A DNA stretch of 64,000 bases from Candidatus Poribacteria bacterium (GTDB lineage Bacteria; Poribacteria; WGA-4E; WGA-3G). Below, piece after piece: positions 30,968-40,347 of this stretch. The notes under the pieces are model-generated. The model had not been told where the DNA came from and made no database searches. It saw only the letters and a program-made list of their open reading frames with translations. Location of the stretch: positions 3,478,432 through 3,542,431 of the forward strand of contig OY762722.1 in the NCBI GenBank assembly GCA_963666305.1, given 5' to 3'. The position numbers and the translations under genes are program-made. Each line of letters opens with the position of its first letter. The first letter of the stretch is position 1.

Positions 30968-32392
30968 TCAGATATCGGAACGGAAGAATTTTAGGAACGC
31001 CACTGCCGTAAACGCTAAAGCAAAAAAACCGAGTAAGCACACATCTACTGCAGAGCGACGCAAGGTATCCGATAAAGAAGGTTCCGTCACGGTTGGTGGT
31101 GGTGGAATTTCTTCTGATTCGGAAAGATTATTCCGCTGTCGATCCATTATTTGTACGACCTGTGCCATCACGTCGTCTGAAATTCCACTGAAATATGAAT
31201 CATCAAGTTGCTTGTAGTATCTCTCACCCGTTTGAAAGTAGGTGTCCCTTTTTAGTTTACCGGTTTGCGTTAAGTTTATCGCAGAATAGATGAGAGAGGA
31301 CGTTGGCACGAGCCGAGAGAGCACTTCTCCAATGTGCTCTTGGCGATCCTTTTCGCGTTGGTATCCGTTGTCAATTTTGTTTGCCTGATTCTGGAACTTC
31401 AGTCGAGATTCCTCGTTAATCGGTTTCCGAATCTTGTCCAATCTTTTTTGCACCTCTGGTGTTATCGCCAAATTCGTCCCAAAAATTTCAAATATTTTTT
31501 TATTCAACTTCTCTTGTTTCTCTTTCGCCAGGTTATTGCGAAGTGCGGTTTTTTCCATATAAACAGTCTGCTGCGTTCGGGTGGGTGAGACGAGTTTTGC
31601 TACGATAAACGCCCCTCGTGGTGCAATTAGCACCGCAAACACCCAAAATGTAAAAGCGACAATCAGCGCGGTCTTGGCGTTGTCGAGATACGTTGAAATG
31701 ACGACACCTATCGCAAAAAAGACCGCAATATAGAGCAGCGAGACAAGCGTTAGACCGAGCACTGGCATCGCGATCTTGAGCTCACCGAGTGGAAACCCTT
31801 GCCAGACGATCAGGAGTAACCCCAAAAGGAAAGAGACTAAAAACGGAAGAACGAACACAATGTATCCACCGATCAGCTTGCTCCACAAAAACACATCTCG
31901 AGGAACGGGGTTTGACAAGTTTATCCGAAGGGTGCCTGCTTCTCTCTCCCCCGCAACAGCATCAAATGTGAACAGAAGTGCCAGCAGACTGAAAACCGTC
32001 CCAACAATAAACAGGAAGTCCAGATTTCCTAATACATACGCGAGCGGTGCTTGCGCAAGTGCTGTTGAACCCGGCCGAATGCCATTACGCGTCATTCCAA
32101 GATGGGTCGGCAGCACTTCCTCTAAACCGTTTGCGAAGACGCTCAGCGGCATGGGCTTGAGGAAAAGCTTGGAAACTTCTACATCCGGATCTTGCGCATT
32201 CGGTGGATTTACCTTTGCTTCTGATCGTGAGCGATTCACCGATTCTTGATAATCTGTCAAACTCTGACGATGCTTGCGATAACTGATAGAAAGGGTGAGT
32301 GGGATGAGCAAAGCACACATCAGCAAGAGCGCGATGAACCGGACGCTCAAAATGTGGTGCATAATTTCTTTCTGAATCAATGTTATTAACAC
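30968..32392 (-). CDS. ABC-2 family transporter permease (orphan paralog of 41254..42696)
   Basis: Its N-terminus (MLITLIQKEIMHHILSVRFIALLLMCALLIPLTLS) is almost identical to that of 41254..42696. It has a large extracytoplasmic loop and then five TM segments. There is no adjacent ATPase gene. Confidence 0.65.
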   Translation of the reverse strand: MLITLIQKEIMHHILSVRFIALLLMCALLIPLTLSISYRKHRQSLTDYQESVNRSRSEAKVNPPNAQDPDVEVSKLFLKPMPLSVFANGLEEVLPTHLGMTRNGIRPGSTALAQAPLAYVLGNLDFLFIVGTVFSLLALLFTFDAVAGEREAGTLRINLSNPVPRDVFLWSKLIGGYIVFVLPFLVSFLLGLLLIVWQGFPLGELKIAMPVLGLTLVSLLYIAVFFAIGVVISTYLDNAKTALIVAFTFWVFAVLIAPRGAFIVAKLVSPTRTQQTVYMEKTALRNNLAKEKQEKLNKKIFEIFGTNLAITPEVQKRLDKIRKPINEESRLKFQNQANKIDNGYQREKDRQEHIGEVLSRLVPTSSLIYSAINLTQTGKLKRDTYFQTGERYYKQLDDSYFSGISDDVMAQVVQIMDRQRNNLSESEEIPPPPTVTEPSLSDTLRRSAVDVCLLGFFALAFTAVAFLKFFRSDI

Positions 32393-32431
32393 GGTAATTT
32401 CTCCTCTGTTTTTTAGTTCTTAACCGTTTCG

Positions 32432-32566
32432 TTAGTCGTCTAATTTAAAACGTAACACACCACTACCATAGGTGCCAACATAAAGCACGTTCCCCTCAAC
32501 ATCGAGAGCACTAACAGGACTCGGAATCTCGGGTGTCATCTGTTTCCATCTGTCAGAATTTGTTTT
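32432..32566 (-). other. In-frame continuation encoding the conserved C-terminal tail of the fused-sigma family, located after the TAA stop of 32567..35392
   Basis: It translates to KTNSDRWKQMTPEIPSPVSALDVEGNVLYVGTYGSGVLRFKLDD*. This is collinear with the tails of paralogs 1 and 4 (...NTWKQATPEIPGSVISFTVDGNILYVGTANRGVLRFNLDE). Confidence 0.6.
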
Positions 32567-35392
32567 TTATTGATAGACGCGTTGTTCCGTAACGCCATAC
32601 AGAGTTGTTCCGCTCACCGCAAATTGGTCTATAACGATTGGCACACCTTCAGGGTCGGATGTAACGTGCCAGTGCGTGCCATCGCTTGAATATGCAACCC
32701 CTCCATCGGTTGCCACGTAGATAGCGGAGCCAGCGAATTCTATTGCCTTGAAATGTGTAAAAGAAAACGGAAGTTCGCCCGTAACATCGTTCCACGTATC
32801 TCCTTCGTCAAACGACTGGAAGAGGTGTCCGTCTAATTTAGCGACGTAGACAGTTCTCCTTGAAACAGCGATTTTGAAACCGATGGAACTGGGATTGTTA
32901 AAACTGCCAACCGTATCAATGAGTTCACCTTCATCTATGAGCCCGGTATCAACCCATTCCGGCGTGCCGGGTTTCCACCTGAAGAGTCTCTGTTCATATT
33001 CCATATAGTACGTATTACGACTGACAGCGAAACCTCCGAGAAGTCCACGCATCAGCTGCCGGATATCTTCCACGGCCTTATTGTCATCTCCAGCAACATC
33101 CACATCTAAAGAGGCGTTTTTCCTTAAAAACGACATCCCCGGAATAGGGCTTAACCGATCGTCCTCGGTAGATAAGCGCAAGAGTTGAACGCGATGTTCG
33201 GTGTCTCCTATACCTCTGGCATAGAGCAGATCGTTGAATTTCGCCAGATTCGTGATGTTTCCGAGGCTGCTTGGGACAGGTGTCCACACCTCATCCCCCT
33301 TGGACGAGGCGAGAAGTTCGCCCCCCACATTGGCATACAGCACATTCCGCACAGAAACTAAATTCATCACGCTTGTATTTACCAATCCCGTGCTAAATGG
33401 ATGCCACGTTTTGCCGGCATCGGTTGTGCGATAAATCCCAGACGCTCCGTTCCGATAGAAGGTATTCGCATTCAAAGACACAAGCTTGGAAACATCTCTT
33501 ATGTCTGGTATATTTGAATCCAAGGTAACCCAGTTTTCACCTGCGTCACTTGAGTAATAACTGCCTTTATCGTCCATTGCGAAAAGGCTTTCTTCCACTG
33601 CTACCATTTTGAAGGTTGAAGTCGTTTTCGTTTCTGAGTCTTTGGGTTTATCCTTACCCTTTTGGTAGGATTCCGAAGTTCCAGAAGCAACATGAATCGT
33701 CAGTCCATCTTGGGAGGATGGCTCTATTTTCCTTTTTATAAAGTCTAATGTCTGCCACGAATCTCCCAAATCTGTTGAGCGATATAGGGACAGAGATGTC
33801 GCGGATATCAGTCGCGCTGGCAGACCAAACCCGACCCCTTGATTCACAGCCTTTTCCCCCACGGCGACATAGAGTCGATGCTCGGCACTCGCCACTGCAC
33901 GGATATTCTGGGATTCACCCACCGATAATAAGGTGCTGCCTTCCGAATTGAGGCGATACAGTCCAGAGTCCGTCCCAACAAACACAACATTTTCAACGGC
34001 TGTGATTGCGCGAATTTCTTTCTTCACCAACTGTCCGCTTACGGACACCCACGAGTTACCAGCGTCCACAGAACGGAATACACCATTAACAAGTGCCAAG
34101 TACATTACAATATTGGCTTGCGCCCCAGGTGCTTCATCTGTTATGACGAGATCAATCAACTGACCCACTGGACGTGTACCGAGTGTATCCCACGTCTCGC
34201 CTCTGTCCATTGAAGCGCGGATTTCTGTATCGGAGGCAACGTAGAGGGTATCGTCCGTCTCTATTATTTGCCATGATCCGTTAGGGGGCATGTTGGCGTT
34301 GACAAGGTTCCACCGACTTCTATCGTCCGTCAATCTATAGAGGTCGGTACCTGTCCCGACGTAAGAATCTCCGTTAGCTGCGATGAACAAGTTCTGAACG
34401 CCGCCACCTTCGGGTCCCCCGGTTTGGGTCCACTGCGGTTTCGGGGTTGAGACTTCTGTCGTGTCGATGGGGAGTGTGGCAACAAGGGATTCGTCCGGTT
34501 TCTGAGCTGCCCCAGGACTTTTACCGGGGAGTGCCGAACTTCCTGCCTGAGTCCGCACTGCGGGTTTCGCAGGGAAATCGTAAATAAAAACTGCGTCAAT
34601 AATCTTAACTGTCGGTTCCGAGGTGGCATCAAGGTTATAAGGCTTCTGAAAACGAGAGAGATGCTGCGTGCCAATCCCAATCAGTAGGAAAAGCACGACG
34701 GCTGAGACAACGGAAAGTGCCAACGGGACTACCGGCTTACCTGTAGGAACAGAAACCGGACTCAGACGTGAAACTTCCCGCATGATGTTCTCTGTTAATT
34801 GATCCGGGAGTTGGAAACTGCCAAGATTCTGATGGAGTATATCTTTCTCTTTTCGTAAACGGTTGCGAGCGCGGCTCAGGCGGCTTTTGATGGTATTCTG
34901 GGAGACACCGAGAAACTCAGAAATGGATTTGACCGTCATCTCGCCAAGGTAATGGAGCGTCATCACTGTCCGCTCGCTTTCGGGCAGTGTCTGGAGGAGC
35001 TTCTTAACGACTTCACGGCGCGTCTCATTGGCTTCGGCTGCCTGTTTTTCTGCTATATACTGAGAATATGAAACCCTGTCTATCTCATTAGTCTCGGTAG
35101 CCTCTACGGATTCCAGCACCGGCATGCGATTCTTTCGGAACCAGTCAGCACACAAGTTTGCCGCAATAACGTAGAGCCAACCTGAGAACTGGTTATGGTT
35201 TTTCAAGGTTCCGAGTTTTTTATACGCAGTGAGAAACGCGTCTTGCGTGATTTCTTGGGCAATATGAAAATCACCGATCTTCCGCCACACCAGCGCGTGA
35301 ACCCCTTTCTGATATTTTTTCACTAAGGTACTGAATGCCTCCTGGTCCCCCTGTAATACCCGCCAAATGAGTTGAGCATCGTTTTGTTCCAC
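32567..35392 (-). CDS. Fused ECF sigma factor - TM - Asp-box beta-propeller protein, paralog 3 (941 aa as called, GTG start; ends at an in-frame TAA)
   Basis: The N-terminus is (V/M)EQNDAQLIWRVLQGDQEAFSTLVKKYQKGVHALVWRKIGDFHIAQEITQDAFLTAYKKL. The HTH is TVMTLHYLGEMTVKSISEFLGVSQNTIKSRLSRARNRL. A TM helix and Asp-boxes (SMDRGETW, SVDAGNSW, STDLGDSW, SSDAGENW, TTDAGKTW, SFDEGDTW) follow. A GGAGGAGG RBS lies 6 nt upstream of the GTG. Confidence 0.75.
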   Translation of the reverse strand: MEQNDAQLIWRVLQGDQEAFSTLVKKYQKGVHALVWRKIGDFHIAQEITQDAFLTAYKKLGTLKNHNQFSGWLYVIAANLCADWFRKNRMPVLESVEATETNEIDRVSYSQYIAEKQAAEANETRREVVKKLLQTLPESERTVMTLHYLGEMTVKSISEFLGVSQNTIKSRLSRARNRLRKEKDILHQNLGSFQLPDQLTENIMREVSRLSPVSVPTGKPVVPLALSVVSAVVLFLLIGIGTQHLSRFQKPYNLDATSEPTVKIIDAVFIYDFPAKPAVRTQAGSSALPGKSPGAAQKPDESLVATLPIDTTEVSTPKPQWTQTGGPEGGGVQNLFIAANGDSYVGTGTDLYRLTDDRSRWNLVNANMPPNGSWQIIETDDTLYVASDTEIRASMDRGETWDTLGTRPVGQLIDLVITDEAPGAQANIVMYLALVNGVFRSVDAGNSWVSVSGQLVKKEIRAITAVENVVFVGTDSGLYRLNSEGSTLLSVGESQNIRAVASAEHRLYVAVGEKAVNQGVGFGLPARLISATSLSLYRSTDLGDSWQTLDFIKRKIEPSSQDGLTIHVASGTSESYQKGKDKPKDSETKTTSTFKMVAVEESLFAMDDKGSYYSSDAGENWVTLDSNIPDIRDVSKLVSLNANTFYRNGASGIYRTTDAGKTWHPFSTGLVNTSVMNLVSVRNVLYANVGGELLASSKGDEVWTPVPSSLGNITNLAKFNDLLYARGIGDTEHRVQLLRLSTEDDRLSPIPGMSFLRKNASLDVDVAGDDNKAVEDIRQLMRGLLGGFAVSRNTYYMEYEQRLFRWKPGTPEWVDTGLIDEGELIDTVGSFNNPSSIGFKIAVSRRTVYVAKLDGHLFQSFDEGDTWNDVTGELPFSFTHFKAIEFAGSAIYVATDGGVAYSSDGTHWHVTSDPEGVPIVIDQFAVSGTTLYGVTEQRVYQ

Positions 35393-35432
35393 AGCACGCC
35401 TCCTCCAGAAGTGTGTACATCTATTGATTGAG

Positions 35433-35464
35433 GTGACGTAATTTAGACCTCAAAAGGTTGCATT
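35433..35464 (-). promoter_or_regulatory. ECF-type promoter copy 40 nt upstream of fused sigma paralog 3
   Basis: In gene orientation: AATAATGCAACCTTT-TGAGGTCTAAATTA-CGTCAC. Confidence 0.6.
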
Positions 35465-35747
35465 ATTTTTCAAATGGCTTTCAGCAGTCAGGAGTCGGAA
35501 AACAAGATACCGTCGTCAACACGGTCTTTGCTGATGGATTCCGATAGCCAATTAGCATACTTGTTAATAATAGCGTAGATATATCCGAAAGTAGGTGTGT
35601 AAATATTTCAGCAGCGGATTGTTAGAAATAGGAAACCTCTTCGATTTTGGGCAAATACCGGCACAAACTAACAATTTATACTATAGGGTGGCTTCCTTGC
35701 CAGAATCGCGTGTCAAAAACTTTACACACCCTATCTAAAGCCTGCTC

Positions 35748-36347
35748 CTATTGTAGGTAGGGGAGCAGCAGAGTCTGGAGTCTTTGACGGGCATGGTGCA
35801 AATATGTTTTAACGGTGCTTTCCGACTTGTCTAAGTGTGAGGCAATCTCTTTTATCGGGAGGTCCTGCAAGTAACGCAAACGAAAAGCGCGACGTTGTCC
35901 AGATGGCAGTCGATGCACAGCACTACGGATAACGCGTCCAAGTTCCTCCTCCTCAAGAATCTGACAAGGTGATGACTGCTTTTGGAGCATCGGGAGGCAA
36001 TCGTCGGCGTTTTGTGGTAATGTCTCACACGCAAAAACGATTTCCCTATCTCGTTTGCGGAGGAAATCAATACTACAATTGACAGCAATTTGGTAAAGCC
36101 AACTATAAAATACGGATTGTCCCTTGAAGTTCGGCAGTGCCTGCCACGCCTTCAAGAACACTTCTTGGCAAAGGTCTTCCGCTGTCTCGCGATCCCGAAC
36201 CTTACGGTAAATCAAATTATAGATTTTTTGCTGATATTTGTATACGAGTGGGTTAAACGCCTCTGTATCGCCATTCTGCGCACGCGCCACAAGTTCCGAC
36301 TCATTGAAATCGTTGCGTTCAGGGTGTATTGTTAAATCACTTCGCAT
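35748..36347 (-). CDS. Stand-alone ECF (RpoE-like) RNA polymerase sigma factor, 199 aa
   Basis: Region 2 is DLCQEVFLKAWQALPNFKGQSVFYSWLYQIAVNCSIDFLRKR. Region 4 is QRRAFRLRYLQDLPIKEIASHLDKSESTVKTYLHHARQRL. No anti-sigma gene is adjacent. Confidence 0.8.
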   Translation of the reverse strand: MRSDLTIHPERNDFNESELVARAQNGDTEAFNPLVYKYQQKIYNLIYRKVRDRETAEDLCQEVFLKAWQALPNFKGQSVFYSWLYQIAVNCSIDFLRKRDREIVFACETLPQNADDCLPMLQKQSSPCQILEEEELGRVIRSAVHRLPSGQRRAFRLRYLQDLPIKEIASHLDKSESTVKTYLHHARQRLQTLLLPYLQ

Positions 36348-36401
36348 AGTTTTCTCCTTGTTTAGTAGTTGTCAGCAGTGAGGTTATCGTTTAACAAAAG
36401 T

Positions 36402-36445
36402 CTCTTTACTGATTGCTGATTGCTGACACCTGACGGCTGATTGCT
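36402..36445 (-). promoter_or_regulatory. Tandem-heptamer leader element (GTCAGCAATCAGCAATCAGTAAAGAGAC in gene orientation) upstream of the ECF sigma gene
   Basis: It shares the downstream 24 nt (CTGCTGACAACTACTAAACAAGGAG, including the RBS) exactly with the leader of 52578..53582. Related copies lie at 37899..37944 and 52447..52572. Confidence 0.45.
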
Positions 36446-37820
36446 ATTCAATCCATTGCATTGTTTCTCGGAGTTGTTCCTTTGCTTTGGCGTAATCTCG
36501 GCGCGCCTGATAAAAGACGCGTTGTGCTTCTGTGAACTGCGCTTGTGTTTGAAATGCATCGTTGTAAGTCATATTTTGATACCCCGGTATTTCAACCGTG
36601 ACCTCATCAAGCACGCGTTCTATGGTTCGTAACCTTTGCTCAAAAATCCGCACGCGTGTTTCTTCGATCTCCGCCCGTTCTCTGGCATTTGCCACCTCAC
36701 GATAGGCGCGTCGCACCGCGACACGGATTGACTTTGTTTTTTCGATATACGTCAAGTGCAACCGCTCCAGTTCTGCGATTTCTACAGCGCGGAGATTTTT
36801 CGTCTTGTTTCCATCGTAGAGCGGGATATTGAAGTTGAAACGCAGTTCCCACCCGTCTCGTGTTCGCGGACTGGTTTGAAAAATGCTTGACGCATCTCGC
36901 TCGCGATCGAGTATCACTGGATCATAGAGTGCCTTTGCGTCCCATGTTTGGTTCTGCTGATGTTGCTCGAGCAACACATGGAGATCCTTGTAGCGCGCTT
37001 CGGCAGAGAGTTCGGGGAATCGGTGCCAGAGTGTCTCTGCGGCGAGACGTTCTTGACGGAGCATATCGCCTTGTAAGTCGCGTAAACCAAGGTTGCTTGC
37101 GAGCGCGAGTTCAACAGCGGTTTCCAGGGTCAGATCGTCTTCAGGGAGCGGTTGTGAGAGCGTCACTTCTGAAAGTGGATCAAGTCCAGTGAGACGAATG
37201 AGTTCTGCGGTGTCCACGTCAAGTCGCCGTTGGAGTTCGTTGAGGGCGAGTTGCTGTTCGGAGAGTTCAAGTTCCGTATTGAGGCGACTGAGGAAAGGGA
37301 TCCGTTTCTCTGCGTGCTTGATTTGTGTGCCTTTGAGTTTTTTATTCAGTTCTACCTCAATCGCACGCCGTTCCTGAATCTCTTCCTGTGTGAGGATGAT
37401 ATTGTTCCAGAGATTACGAACATCGTGAACGCTCTGCTTTCTCACGCGTTCGTATTCAATCTCTGCCTTTCGGACTTCCTCCTGTGTGGCATCGAGACCT
37501 TCGGGGATCTCACCGAACTGGGCGAGAAGCATACTTGCCTGTGCGCGGGTGAGATAATCTCTTTCATCAATATCGCCATCTTTCTGGCGTTGATATTCAC
37601 CGGTGAGTCCAACTTGTGGCAGATAAACAGCCTTAGACACACGGAGGTTCGCCTTGGCACGTTCCACCACTTTTTCCGCTTTTTTCACCGCTTCGTTGTT
37701 CTGTAGAGCGAGCTCGATGGCGCGTGTAGGTTGTAGCGCGACGAGTCGTTGTCCTTGAGCAGAAACATCCACAATACTCAAAAGTAAACAGATTATGAAA
37801 ACCATCAATTCTTTGTTCAT
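36444..37820 (-). CDS. TolC-family outer-membrane efflux protein
   Basis: A signal peptide (MNKELMVFIICLLLSIVDVSAQ) is followed by TolC-like helical repeats (LALQNNEAVKKAEKVVERAKANLRVSKAVYLPQVGLTGEY..., and a second repeat with ...RAVEIAELERLHLTYIEKTKSIRVAVRRAYREV). The likely start is the ATG at 37820, preceded by GGAG. Confidence 0.7.
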   Translation of the reverse strand: MNKELMVFIICLLLSIVDVSAQGQRLVALQPTRAIELALQNNEAVKKAEKVVERAKANLRVSKAVYLPQVGLTGEYQRQKDGDIDERDYLTRAQASMLLAQFGEIPEGLDATQEEVRKAEIEYERVRKQSVHDVRNLWNNIILTQEEIQERRAIEVELNKKLKGTQIKHAEKRIPFLSRLNTELELSEQQLALNELQRRLDVDTAELIRLTGLDPLSEVTLSQPLPEDDLTLETAVELALASNLGLRDLQGDMLRQERLAAETLWHRFPELSAEARYKDLHVLLEQHQQNQTWDAKALYDPVILDRERDASSIFQTSPRTRDGWELRFNFNIPLYDGNKTKNLRAVEIAELERLHLTYIEKTKSIRVAVRRAYREVANARERAEIEETRVRIFEQRLRTIERVLDEVTVEIPGYQNMTYNDAFQTQAQFTEAQRVFYQARRDYAKAKEQLRETMQWIE

Positions 37821-37898
37821 TACAATCTCCATTATGTTGGCAGTCAGCCGTCAGTAGGGCGTGTGACGATTACAATCGTTTTCCCTCCGCCACAACGC

Positions 37899-37944
37899 TC
37901 TCTTTACCGATTGCTGATAGCGAAGCGGCTGATTGCTGACACCC
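37899..37944 (-). promoter_or_regulatory. Tandem-heptamer leader element copy upstream of the TolC-like gene
   Basis: In gene orientation: GTCAGCAATCAGCCGCTTCGCTATCAGCAATCGGTAAAGAGAG. Confidence 0.4.
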
Positions 37945-37949
37945 ATTCC

Positions 37950-40262
37950 TCAACGTCGGCTGATGCGGATTGTGACGATAACGATCCCAATCATCAGGAG
38001 TATCAACGCACCGAACAGCAGCGTCGTCACCGACATTTGCGTCTGAGACTCGACTTGTACAGTGATCGAACGGTCGCGTGCCTCAAATTTACGGTTATCG
38101 ACAGTGACTTCCGCATTCAACTTCGCTTGATATTCCCCTACACCGATGTCCGCAGGTGGACGCAACGTCAGTTGGATATCTGTTTCCTCGTTCCGTTTGA
38201 GTGAACCAATGACTTCAGGGATCACCGTGTATTTCCAATCCGTGTTGACATCGACAAGCATACGAATATCGACGAGATCGCGGGTACCGATGTTCTTTAG
38301 CGTCGCTGTCATGTTGACTTCTTCGCCAATTTTAATCGTCTGGAATGCGTTCGGCACGAATACCTCAATCTCCGGCACCCCCTTTGGAATCAGTTCAAAC
38401 CGTTCGACACCGCCTTGGATACCCGAAATCCTATCAGCGGGTAACTCCAACCGATTGTTAACACCCCCAAGTTCAGTGGCTTCCGCGTCATCAATCACGG
38501 CGACGTAGAACTCAAGCGTGCTGTCGAGATACGACGCATCCAATTCCTCTGGTAGATAGACAATCAACGACAGATTCCGCTTCGACTGTTCCTGCGTGAA
38601 CTTCACCTGTGACTGGCGAGATTTTGTCTCTGGATCTTGGAATTCAAAGGAGAGACGATTTAGCAGGTTAATGACGCGCAACTGGAATGTATTCTCCGTT
38701 TCTGCCAACCGATCGAGCGTCAAGTCGTAGGTGACGCTGCTTCCCAAGTTCCCTTCCTGCGAGAATCGGAGTGAGCTGACATTGACCACATCGAGTGCGG
38801 ATTCTTTTTGGAGATAGATGAGTCGCGTGTCGGGTTCGGCAAGTTCGGGGTATTTCAGCGATACCTTCAGACTCTCGACATCTTTCTGAAGTTGGAACGT
38901 CAGTTCCACGGTTTCATTGTAACCAAGGACTGGTATCTTCTCTTCATACGGCTTGACGATATTCGTATCATCGATAACGTCGAGTAAGGAGATATAAATC
39001 CCACGGATCTCATTCGCCGCGGCGATCTCTTCAGGTGTCGCGTTGATCGGCATTGCTTCTGTCGTTGACGTGTTTTTTAATTGGATTGTCACCATCATTT
39101 GCCCACCTGTATTACTGGCGATACGAAACTTCTTCGCACTCAGGATAGAGATATGACGTGTGTCCTCCTCAAGATGGATTTTATAGGGGATTTCCTGATC
39201 GAGGTATTTCAGGCTGACAATGAGACTATCAACATTTCGCCGGAGTTCAAAATCGAGAGTTTTCTCCTGTCCATCTTTGAGTGTCGGAATGCGATATTCA
39301 TAAGGAAAGCCGATGATAGATTCCGTATCATCTTTGATGGAGACATAGACATTGTTGATTTCTTGTGCCGTTGCTTCTTCCGAGTAACCGGCGGAGGTAC
39401 CGGTGCCTGTTTCTTCTGTTTCGCCATTGATTGCACCATACGTGAGCACGACTTCCAGATACCGCCGATCCCCCTGTTTGTAGCGCCTCGCAGACACGAC
39501 AGAGATATACGGATCCTCCTGTTTCAGATGGATGTTCTTCTGGTCCTCGCGCCCTGAGTACGTCAACGCTACAACGACATCTCGCACATTCTCTTTTATC
39601 AGCTCAAACTCCAAAGTGATAGATTCACCCTCTTTGAGCGTCTCAATGCGTCGTTCGTAAGGTTCAGTGATAATCGCTCCACTGGCACCATAACTTTCCT
39701 GTTCTTTAATCGAGACGAAGATATCGTCAATCTGTGCGCTGATAATAATTTCTCGTTCCAGCACTTTCGAGCTTTCAATGAGTTTGACGGGAGATGAGCT
39801 ATTCCGCAAAGTGATTGAGAACAACTCCCGACCATCGACGGATTCATACAGTCTTGTCTCTTCAACGGTGATATGCCACTCATCTTGTAGCGATTCAAGC
39901 TCTACCTGTTGGAGCGTCAATTTTGCCTGTTCATATTCATCGACAGCACGTTCGTAAGCCTCCTCGGCTTTATTGACTTCGGAGACAGTAACGATGTTGT
40001 TGTCCTCCATCATCATCGCCTTGAGGTTTTCAAGGTCAATCTGCTTTTTATTCATCAGTTTTTCTGCCAATTCCATTTTCAAACGCTCGACTTCTATCAG
40101 GATTTGGCGACTCTGTTCCTCTTTCGTTTTTGGATCGTTCCCATTGGCAAGCGAAACATCTTCGGATTCCGCTGCGGGTAGGGGCGAGGTCACCTCGCCC
40201 GTACTGAACAGCGATATCCCTATCACGCTAATGAAAACAATTGTAAGTATATTGGTTCGCAT
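37950..40262 (-). CDS. Large secreted repeat protein (770 aa) with N-terminal coiled coil, three or more ~120-aa beta-sandwich-like repeats, a NEW3/CARDB-like domain and a C-terminal TM anchor (COG1470-like)
   Basis: A signal peptide is followed by a coiled coil (ILIEVERLKMELAEKLMNKKQIDLENLKA). Internal repeats are present (EPYERRIETLKEGESITLEFELIKENV / FPYEYRIPTLKDGQEKTLDFELRRNV / KPYEEKIPVLGYNETVELTFQLQKDV). The NEW3/CARDB-like block is ATLKNIGTRDLVDIRMLVDVNTDWKYTVIPE...GEYQAKLNAEV. The C-terminal anchor is TLLFGALILLMIGIVIVTIRISRR. Confidence 0.55.
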   Translation of the reverse strand: MRTNILTIVFISVIGISLFSTGEVTSPLPAAESEDVSLANGNDPKTKEEQSRQILIEVERLKMELAEKLMNKKQIDLENLKAMMMEDNNIVTVSEVNKAEEAYERAVDEYEQAKLTLQQVELESLQDEWHITVEETRLYESVDGRELFSITLRNSSSPVKLIESSKVLEREIIISAQIDDIFVSIKEQESYGASGAIITEPYERRIETLKEGESITLEFELIKENVRDVVVALTYSGREDQKNIHLKQEDPYISVVSARRYKQGDRRYLEVVLTYGAINGETEETGTGTSAGYSEEATAQEINNVYVSIKDDTESIIGFPYEYRIPTLKDGQEKTLDFELRRNVDSLIVSLKYLDQEIPYKIHLEEDTRHISILSAKKFRIASNTGGQMMVTIQLKNTSTTEAMPINATPEEIAAANEIRGIYISLLDVIDDTNIVKPYEEKIPVLGYNETVELTFQLQKDVESLKVSLKYPELAEPDTRLIYLQKESALDVVNVSSLRFSQEGNLGSSVTYDLTLDRLAETENTFQLRVINLLNRLSFEFQDPETKSRQSQVKFTQEQSKRNLSLIVYLPEELDASYLDSTLEFYVAVIDDAEATELGGVNNRLELPADRISGIQGGVERFELIPKGVPEIEVFVPNAFQTIKIGEEVNMTATLKNIGTRDLVDIRMLVDVNTDWKYTVIPEVIGSLKRNEETDIQLTLRPPADIGVGEYQAKLNAEVTVDNRKFEARDRSITVQVESQTQMSVTTLLFGALILLMIGIVIVTIRISRR

Positions 40263-40347
40263 TTTTAATTAATCCTGTCGTTATAATTGGGTATCCGATT
40301 CGCCAAATCTTGGTTTGACGAATCGGTTGGTTTGTGTCGCGAGCACA

